36,666 nt of DNA, taken from NCBI GenBank assembly GCA_031255275.1, contig JAIRSV010000152.1, positions 1 through 36,666 on the forward strand, written 5' to 3'. Position numbers and translations under genes: made by a program. Below, one piece after another: positions 26,567 to 33,738 of this stretch. The DNA is from Proteiniphilum sp. (lineage in GTDB: Bacteria > Bacteroidota > Bacteroidia > Bacteroidales > Dysgonomonadaceae). How positions within the stretch are numbered: position 1 is the stretch's first letter; every line of letters starts with the position of its first letter. The notes under the pieces are model-generated. The model had not been told where the DNA came from. It was given only the letters and a program-made list of their open reading frames with translations, and did not search any database.

Positions 26567-26808
26567 CCTGTCGGGAGGAAGGGGCGACGGGAAAGGGTTT
26601 GAAGCGCCTCACAGATTCATCCCGACCGCAGCGCAAGTTCCCCTCCCGAAAGTCGGGGGTGTGTCACAACGCAGCCGAATAACGCGAACGATGTGAGTGA
26701 ATAAGGTGCGCCGCACGATAAATATTTATATTTTTGTCTCCGGTTTACGGAAATCAGTCCGGATCAAAAAACTGTTTTGAATACGAATATCAATTTACTT
26801 ATCAAGAA

Positions 26809-27795
26809 ATGAAAAGAGTCTTATTACTGCTGGCGGGGGCGATGTTTCTGTCCGCATGTGCAAACCAGGGAGGGAAAAATGACCGGGTACGGTATTCTTC
26901 CAACCCGATCGTCGAGGGATGGTATGCCGATCCCGAAGGTATCGTTTATGACAGCCTCTACTGGATATTCCCGACCCGTTCCGACGAATACGGGAAACAG
27001 GTATTTTTCGACTGCTTCTCTTCGCCGGACCTGGTGAACTGGAGCAAACACGGGAACATTATCGACACGGCGGAGGTGAAATGGGCGCGCCACGCCATGT
27101 GGGCGCCGGGTGTGATGGAGAGGGACGGGAAATATTATCTCTTCTTCTCGGCAAACGACATTCAGGACGGGAGCGAAACCGGAGGTATCGGCGTATCGGT
27201 CGCCGACCGGCCGGAAGGCCCTTACAAAGACCTGCTCGGCAAACCGATGATCAACGAAATCGTGCACGGGGCGCAGCCCATCGACCAGTTTGTTTTCAGG
27301 GACAACGATTCCACCTGTTATATGTTCTACGGCGGCTGGGGACACTGCAACGTGGTGCTGCTTAACGACGATTTTACCGGCATCAGGCCGTTTCCCGACG
27401 GGGAAGTCTACCGGGAGGTGACTCCCGAAGGATATACCGAGGGGCCGTTTATGTTCAAAAAAGACGGCAAATACTACTTCATGTGGTCGGAAGGCGGCTG
27501 GGGAGGCCCCGACTACCGGGTAGCCTACGCCATTGCCCACCACCCCCTCGGCCCTTTTGAAAGGATCGGGACAATCCTGCAGCAGAATCCCGATGTTGCC
27601 ACCGGAGCGGGACACCATTCCGTGATCCGCAAGCCGGGAAGCGACGACTGGTATATCGTCTATCACCGCCGCCCCCTGTCGGAAACCCATCACAATCACC
27701 GGGCTACCTGCATCGACCGGATGGAATTTGACGAAAACGGATATATCAAGCCGGTGGAAATTACTTTTCGCGGAGTCGAAGCCAATCCCCTGTAA
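26809..27795 (+). CDS. Glycoside hydrolase family 43 lipoprotein
   Basis: ATG 26809 with lipobox LSAC; NPIVEGWYADP, WAPG, IDQFVF, TEGPFM, GHHSV motifs of the GH43 five-bladed propeller. TATTTTTG promoter element just upstream (~26729). Confidence 0.92.
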   Translation: MKRVLLLLAGAMFLSACANQGGKNDRVRYSSNPIVEGWYADPEGIVYDSLYWIFPTRSDEYGKQVFFDCFSSPDLVNWSKHGNIIDTAEVKWARHAMWAPGVMERDGKYYLFFSANDIQDGSETGGIGVSVADRPEGPYKDLLGKPMINEIVHGAQPIDQFVFRDNDSTCYMFYGGWGHCNVVLLNDDFTGIRPFPDGEVYREVTPEGYTEGPFMFKKDGKYYFMWSEGGWGGPDYRVAYAIAHHPLGPFERIGTILQQNPDVATGAGHHSVIRKPGSDDWYIVYHRRPLSETHHNHRATCIDRMEFDENGYIKPVEITFRGVEANPL

Positions 27796-28168
27796 CATTT
27801 CAGGAGACGGGGGGAGTGCCCTCTCCGGAGGAGCGCCTTTGCCGGATAAAGGCCCTCTTTCTCAGCGTCATGACCGGTTCCGGACGCTCTTCGGAATACG
27901 CAGCTGACGGCGACGAGACGCCGCATATATTTTTTGTCCATAATGTCCCCTGAAGTAAAAAGCACCTCTTTTTAAATCTCTAAAGTTCAGCTACCTGATG
28001 CGGCACCGCAAATCGCGGCCTGCCGATCGGGGAAAAATGGACAAAAAAACAGCGCATATTTACCGGAAAGGAGGGGTATGATTGATAAAAAAAGGTTATT
28101 TTTTGACAACGGACGTTCGGATTTAATCGTATATATTTGCCACCGAAAACGTGAGTTAAGAATGGATC

Positions 28169-28205
28169 AGGGGCTGCGTCCGATTTTCGGCGCCGCCCCT
28201 TTCTT
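28169..28205 (+). terminator. GC-rich hairpin plus T tract (terminator-like)
   Basis: AGGGGC-T-GCG-T-CCGA-ttt-TCGG-CGC-C-GCCCCT-TTCTT. Confidence 0.6.
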
Positions 28206-28357
28206 CATAAATACGGGTCACTCCCCCCTCCCCGGCAGCGGTAACGGCCGGCGGAAGAGCGTTTTCCCGCCTGTTTCCCGTCACAGACTTTGGGGCGCCC
28301 GCGTTGCCGTTTCCGGATAATTTCTTTGCTTTTATTTCATTTCATCAATTATTCCCC

Positions 28358-28365
28358 TATCTTTG
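28358..28365 (+). promoter_or_regulatory. -7 promoter element upstream of thr operon
   Basis: TATCTTTG followed by CAGC, about 320 nt upstream of thrA. Confidence 0.65.
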
Positions 28366-28686
28366 CAGCAAATTCACAAGCCGGTGATGCAAAAACTGTA
28401 TTCGACATATTTCCCCGCAACCTCTGCAATGATCATGACCCCCCGGGGGGTTATGCAATAATTATCATCCGCAAGCAAACACTGCTTGCCCTTTCCCGGC
28501 CGGTCAAGCCGGCCGTCACACAAAATAACAGTATTTTTATCCGTTACACACCGTTCCGCCATGCGGAAAAGCCGGTCATTATCATTAAGAACCCGGCGCG
28601 TGATGCGAACAATTGCCGGGCATCCGGAAAAAAAACGGTCTTGCCGTCATGGGACAAAAAAATGAACAAATAAAATAAGAATCAGT

Positions 28687-31131
28687 ATGAAAGTGATGAA
28701 ATTCGGGGGAACATCCGTAGGAAATCCCCAAAGCCTGCAACGAGTCAAAAATATCGTAGAACGGGAGCGCGAACCCGTCACAGTCGTCGTTTCGGCGCTG
28801 GGCGGCGTGACAGACCGCCTGCTGCTGGCCGCCGATTTTGCGTCGAACGGCAATTCGGGCTACCGGCCGCTGATCGAAGAGATCGTGGAACGGCACCGGG
28901 AGCTGATCGAAAAGATGGTCGCCTCTCCCGACGACAGCGAAGAGCTGAAACGGAAAACACACCGGCTGTTCGAAGAGCTGCGCAACATCCTGCAGGGCGT
29001 ATTCCTTATCGGCGACCTGTCGCAGAAGACCTCCGACAAGATAGTAAGCTACGGCGAACGCCTCTCATCCCTGATCATCAGCAAAGTGATCGACAGGGCG
29101 CAGTTATACGACGCCACGAAGTTCATCAAGACCGACAAACAGTTTCACAACCACATCCCCGATCTGGTGCGGTCGAACGAACTGATCCGTAAGACATTCT
29201 CCGAAAAGCCGGCGCCTCACGTGGCCGTCGTTCCCGGATTCATCTCGTCGAGCAACGACAGTAACGACATTACCAACCTGGGACGCGGGGGATCGGACTA
29301 CACAGCCGCCATCATCGCGGCGGCAACGGACGCCTCCGTCCTGGAGATATGGACGGACGTGGACGGGTTTATGACGGCCGACCCGAAGATCATCAATTCG
29401 GCGTATGTCATCGAAGAACTGTCGTTTATCGAAGCGATCGAACTCTCCAATTTCGGCGCAAAGGTGATCTATCCTCCCACCATCTTTCCCGTCTATCACA
29501 AGAATATACCCATACGGGTCAAAAACACGTTCCGCCCCGAAGCGGAAGGTACGCTCATCCGAAACATCCGTCCCACGCGCAACGGCAAGATCATCAAAGG
29601 CATCTCGTCGATCAGCGACACGGCGCTGATCACCATTCAGGGACTGGGCATGGTCGGCGTCATCGGCGTCAACAGGCGCATCTTCTCCTCGCTGGCCGAC
29701 AACGGCGTCAGCGTCTTCATCGTCTCGCAGGCGTCGTCCGAAAACAGCACCTCCATCGGCGTACGCTCGCAGGACGCGCTCCTGTCGCAGAAGGTACTCA
29801 GAAAGGAATTTGCCCACGAAATCGGCATGGGAAGCATTAACGACATCATCGTGGAGTATGATCTGGCCACCATCGCCATCGTGGGACAGAACATGCGACA
29901 CGTACCCGGCATTGCCGCGAAATTCTTCGGCGCGCTGGGACGCAACGGCATCAGCATCGTCGTCCTGGCGCAGGGAGCCGGAGAGACCAACATCTCGTGC
30001 GTAATCGCCAAGTCTGACCTGAAAAAGGCGCTTAACGTGATTCACGACTCCTTTTTCCTGTCGCCCTATCAGGAACTGAACCTCTTCGTCGTCGGGACAG
30101 GCACCGTGGGCGGCAACCTGCTGGAACAGATCAGGCTGCAGCAGAACACGCTCAAGGAACAGAACAAACTGCGGGTTAATATCGTCGGCATAGCCAACGG
30201 GCGCAGGGCGCTGTTTGCCCGGGAAGGAATCCCGCTGGACGGATATTTCGACAACCTGATGACGAACGGCGCACAGAGTTCACCCGAACGCATCAGGGAT
30301 GAGATTCTGAAAATGAATATCTTCAACTCCGTTTTCGTCGACTGTACCGCAAGCCCCGACATCGCGAAACTCTACAGCGAGCTGATGGCGAAAAACATTT
30401 CGGTGGTCACCGCCAACAAGATCGCCGCCTCGTCCGGTTACGAAAACTATCGCCTCCTGAAAGAAACCGCCCGCAAGGCGGGAGTGAAATTCCTCTTTGA
30501 GACGAACGTGGGGGCCGGACTTCCCATCATCAACACGATGAACTCGCTGATCAATTCGGGCGACAGGATCGTGAAGCTGGAAGCCGTGCTCTCCGGAACG
30601 CTGAACTTCATCTTCAACACGCTCAGCGGGGAGATTCCCTTCAGCAGAGCGGTGCGGATGGCGGTAGAGGCGAAATTCGCCGAACCTGACCCGCGCATCG
30701 ACCTGAGCGGACTTGACGTCACGCGAAAGCTGGTAATCCTCTCGCGCGAAGCAGGTGCCTGCGTAAACCGGTCGGACGTGAAGAAAAACCTTTTCGTACC
30801 GCAGAAATATTTCGACGGCTCGCTGGAAGAGTTCTGGCAAACCATCCCCGAAATGGACGCCTCGTTCGAGATCCGCCGGCAGGAGCTGGCGAAAGAGGGA
30901 AAGCGACTCCGGTTCGTAGCGTCGTACGACAGCGGCAAGTGCGAAGTCGGCCTGCGGGAGGTGGAACAGGGACATCCTTTCTACGACCTGGAGGGCAGCA
31001 ACAACATCATCATGATTACCACCGGACGCTACAACGAATATCCGATGGTCATCAAAGGTTACGGCGCCGGCGCCGGCGTGACGGCTGCCGGCGTATTCTC
31101 GGACATCATCTCTATTGCGAACATCCGGTAG
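28687..31131 (+). CDS. thrA: Bifunctional aspartate kinase/homoserine dehydrogenase I
   Basis: MKVMKFGGTSV, LGRGGSDYTA, WTDVDG, ACT domains, GTGTVG, VTANK, ETNVGAGLP, GYGAGAGVTAAGVFSD. Confidence 0.97.
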   Translation: MKVMKFGGTSVGNPQSLQRVKNIVEREREPVTVVVSALGGVTDRLLLAADFASNGNSGYRPLIEEIVERHRELIEKMVASPDDSEELKRKTHRLFEELRNILQGVFLIGDLSQKTSDKIVSYGERLSSLIISKVIDRAQLYDATKFIKTDKQFHNHIPDLVRSNELIRKTFSEKPAPHVAVVPGFISSSNDSNDITNLGRGGSDYTAAIIAAATDASVLEIWTDVDGFMTADPKIINSAYVIEELSFIEAIELSNFGAKVIYPPTIFPVYHKNIPIRVKNTFRPEAEGTLIRNIRPTRNGKIIKGISSISDTALITIQGLGMVGVIGVNRRIFSSLADNGVSVFIVSQASSENSTSIGVRSQDALLSQKVLRKEFAHEIGMGSINDIIVEYDLATIAIVGQNMRHVPGIAAKFFGALGRNGISIVVLAQGAGETNISCVIAKSDLKKALNVIHDSFFLSPYQELNLFVVGTGTVGGNLLEQIRLQQNTLKEQNKLRVNIVGIANGRRALFAREGIPLDGYFDNLMTNGAQSSPERIRDEILKMNIFNSVFVDCTASPDIAKLYSELMAKNISVVTANKIAASSGYENYRLLKETARKAGVKFLFETNVGAGLPIINTMNSLINSGDRIVKLEAVLSGTLNFIFNTLSGEIPFSRAVRMAVEAKFAEPDPRIDLSGLDVTRKLVILSREAGACVNRSDVKKNLFVPQKYFDGSLEEFWQTIPEMDASFEIRRQELAKEGKRLRFVASYDSGKCEVGLREVEQGHPFYDLEGSNNIIMITTGRYNEYPMVIKGYGAGAGVTAAGVFSDIISIANIR

Positions 31132-31132
31132 T

Positions 31133-32344
31133 ATGAAGCATATCATCATCCTCGGCGACGGCATGGCGGGCGAACCTGTCGCCGCGCTGGGAAACAGAAC
31201 AACCATGCAGGCGGCCTCCACCCCCTGTATGGACATGCTGGCGGCGAAAGGCCGCAACGGACTGCTGCATACCGTTCCCGAAGGATTTGCTCCGGGGAGC
31301 GAAATCGCCAACCTCTCCGTCATGGGATACGACGTCGCCTCCGTATACGAGGGGCGCGGCGTACTGGAAGCGGCCAGCATGGGCGTGGACATATTGCCGG
31401 GTGAGATCGGGATGCGCTGCAACCTTGTCTGCATAGAGGGCGACTGGCTGAAAAACCATTCGGCCGGCCATATATCCACTCCCGAAGCGGCCGAACTGAT
31501 TCGCTTCCTCGACAGCGAATTGGGAAATGATCTTTTCAGTTTCCATCCGGGCGTCTCCTACCGTCATCTGCTGAAAATGAAGGGCGGGGACAAACAGCTT
31601 CGCTGTACCCCACCCCACGATATTCCGGAACAACCCTTCCGGCCACACCTTATCCGGCCCGGCAGGGAAGAGGCCGCACCGACGGCGGAGGCGCTGAACA
31701 GACTGATCCTGACGTCGCAGGAGATACTGGGCAATCACCCCGTCAACAAAAGGAGGATAGCGGACGGGAAGGCTCCGGCCAACAGCATCTGGCCCTGGTC
31801 GCCCGGATCGCGTCCCGAAATGAGACCGCTCCGCGAAATGTTTCCGTTCGGAAGCGGCGCCGTGATTTCGGCCGTAGACCTGATCAGGGGGATCGGCATT
31901 TATGCCGGACTGGAGGTGATTCCGGTGGAGGGCGCTACCGGTCTGCACAACACCAATTATGAGGGAAAGGCGCAGGCCACCCTCGAAGCGCTGAGGGAAA
32001 AAGATTTCGTATACCTGCACATCGAAGCCAGCGACGAGGCGGGACACGAGGGGGACGCGTCTCTGAAAGTGAAAACCATCGAGTACCTGGATTCACGGAT
32101 TGTAAAGACTGTTTATGAAGAGACTTCACGGTGGGACGAGCCGGTTGCTATCGCCATTCTGCCAGACCATCCCACGCCCTGCGCCGGACGGACGCATACG
32201 TGCGAACCTGTTCCCTTCCTTATCTATCACCGGGGGATCGTGCCCGACAGGGTCAGGGTCTACGACGAGTTTGCGGCGAAGGATGGATGTTACGGGCTTC
32301 TCTGCGGCGACCGGTTTATGAAAGCGCTCTTCGACATCAATTAG
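31133..32344 (+). CDS. Cofactor-independent phosphoglycerate mutase family protein (ApgM-like, proposed homoserine kinase)
   Basis: ATG 31133; IIILGDGM, PGSEIANLSVMGY, GRGVLEAA, HIEASDEAGH, PDHPTP. Occupies the thrB slot between thrA and thrC. Confidence 0.9.
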   Translation: MKHIIILGDGMAGEPVAALGNRTTMQAASTPCMDMLAAKGRNGLLHTVPEGFAPGSEIANLSVMGYDVASVYEGRGVLEAASMGVDILPGEIGMRCNLVCIEGDWLKNHSAGHISTPEAAELIRFLDSELGNDLFSFHPGVSYRHLLKMKGGDKQLRCTPPHDIPEQPFRPHLIRPGREEAAPTAEALNRLILTSQEILGNHPVNKRRIADGKAPANSIWPWSPGSRPEMRPLREMFPFGSGAVISAVDLIRGIGIYAGLEVIPVEGATGLHNTNYEGKAQATLEALREKDFVYLHIEASDEAGHEGDASLKVKTIEYLDSRIVKTVYEETSRWDEPVAIAILPDHPTPCAGRTHTCEPVPFLIYHRGIVPDRVRVYDEFAAKDGCYGLLCGDRFMKALFDIN

Positions 32345-32347
32345 AGT

Positions 32348-33652
32348 ATGATATACTACAGTACAAATAAAAAAGCGCCCGCTGTTTCGCTGCGGGAAGC
32401 TGTTGTAAAAGGGCTGGCTCCGGACGGGGGACTTTATATGCCTGAGAGAATCGCACAGATTCCTCAAAAGTTTTTTGACGGAATAAGGAATCTCAGCTTC
32501 ACGGAAATTGCCGAAACCGTAGCCGAAAAGTTTTTCGGGGACGACCTGGAAAAAGAAAAATTAGACGCCATTGTCGATGACACTTTGAGTTTCGAGATAC
32601 CTCTCAGGCAAGTAGAAAAGGATATTTATGCGCTGGAGCTGTTTCACGGTCCCACTTTCGCTTTCAAGGATGTGGGGGCGCGCTTTATGGCGCGGATGCT
32701 GTCGCATTTCGTCAGGGAGAGGCAGGAGGAGGTGAACGTACTCACGGCCACTTCGGGGGATACCGGCAGCGCCGTGGCCAACGGCTTTCTGGGAATGGAG
32801 GGGATCAGAGTATTCGTGCTGTATCCTTCGGGAAAGGTGAGCGATATGCAGGAGGCGCAGTTTACCACGCTGGGACAAAATATCGTCGCGCTGGAGGTGG
32901 ACGGCTCTTTCGACGACTGCCAGGCGCTGGTGAAGTCTGCCTTTATGGACGGGGAACTGAACGAAAGGCTGAATCTCACGTCGGCCAACTCTATCAACGT
33001 AGCCCGTTTCCTGCCGCAATCGTTCTATTACTTTCTGGCTTACGCGCAGCTGATGAAACGGACGCCGGCGGCCGGAAAGATTGTGTTTTCCGTGCCGAGC
33101 GGCAATCTGGGGAATCTTACGGCGGGACTTTTCGCCAAAAGGATGGGCTTGCCCGTGGAGAGGTTTATCGCTGCCAACAACCGGAATGACGTTTTCCACG
33201 AATACCTCCGCAGCGGGAAGTATGCGCCGAGGGCTTCGGTGCAGACCGTCGCCAACGCTATGGACGTGGGGGCTCCCAGCAATTTCGACCGTATCCTCGA
33301 CCTCTACCGTCATTCGCACGAAGCAATCTCCGGCGACATTGCGTCTTACCGCTACGGGGACGACGAAATCAGGGCTGCCATCAAAAACGTCCATTCCCGG
33401 ACGGGGTACCTGCTCGATCCGCACGGGGCGTGTGCCTGCCTGGCGCTGAAGGAGGGTAAAAGATCCGGCGAAACGGGTGTCTTCCTCGCTACCGCACATC
33501 CGGCCAAGTTCGGCCAAACGGTGGAAGCCTGTACCGGAACGTCTGTGCAGATACCGGACGCTCTTGCCGCTTTCATGCGGCGAAGGAGACATTCTGTCCG
33601 TTTGCCCAACGACTTCTGTCTGCTTAAAAAGGCGCTTATCGACCGGTCTTAA
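32348..33652 (+). CDS. thrC: Threonine synthase
   Basis: GLAPDGGLYMP, ELFHGPTFAFKD (PLP lysine), ATSGDTGSA, SANSIN, VPSGNLGN, ATAHPAKF. Confidence 0.97.
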   Translation: MIYYSTNKKAPAVSLREAVVKGLAPDGGLYMPERIAQIPQKFFDGIRNLSFTEIAETVAEKFFGDDLEKEKLDAIVDDTLSFEIPLRQVEKDIYALELFHGPTFAFKDVGARFMARMLSHFVRERQEEVNVLTATSGDTGSAVANGFLGMEGIRVFVLYPSGKVSDMQEAQFTTLGQNIVALEVDGSFDDCQALVKSAFMDGELNERLNLTSANSINVARFLPQSFYYFLAYAQLMKRTPAAGKIVFSVPSGNLGNLTAGLFAKRMGLPVERFIAANNRNDVFHEYLRSGKYAPRASVQTVANAMDVGAPSNFDRILDLYRHSHEAISGDIASYRYGDDEIRAAIKNVHSRTGYLLDPHGACACLALKEGKRSGETGVFLATAHPAKFGQTVEACTGTSVQIPDALAAFMRRRRHSVRLPNDFCLLKKALIDRS

Positions 33653-33696
33653 GTTTCTTTTTATTATTTTTTGCTGCGAATTAATTCATTAATGCG

Positions 33697-33704
33697 TAGT
33701 TTTG
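33697..33704 (+). promoter_or_regulatory. -7 promoter element of lptD-like gene
   Basis: TAGTTTTG, 35 nt upstream of the ATG. Confidence 0.7.
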
Positions 33705-33738
33705 CGTTCAGAAATCATACGCTAACTGCTGATTCCGC

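Noticed and set aside
28078-28673. ORFs 28078..28320 and 28290..28673 upstream of thrA; T-box or lysine riboswitch
   Set aside because: The ORFs run across promoter and terminator motifs and lack protein features. No T-box consensus or recognisable riboswitch core was found by eye.
29104-33592. Long antisense ORFs over thrA, apgM-like and thrC
   Set aside because: Antisense shadows of well-supported GC-rich genes.
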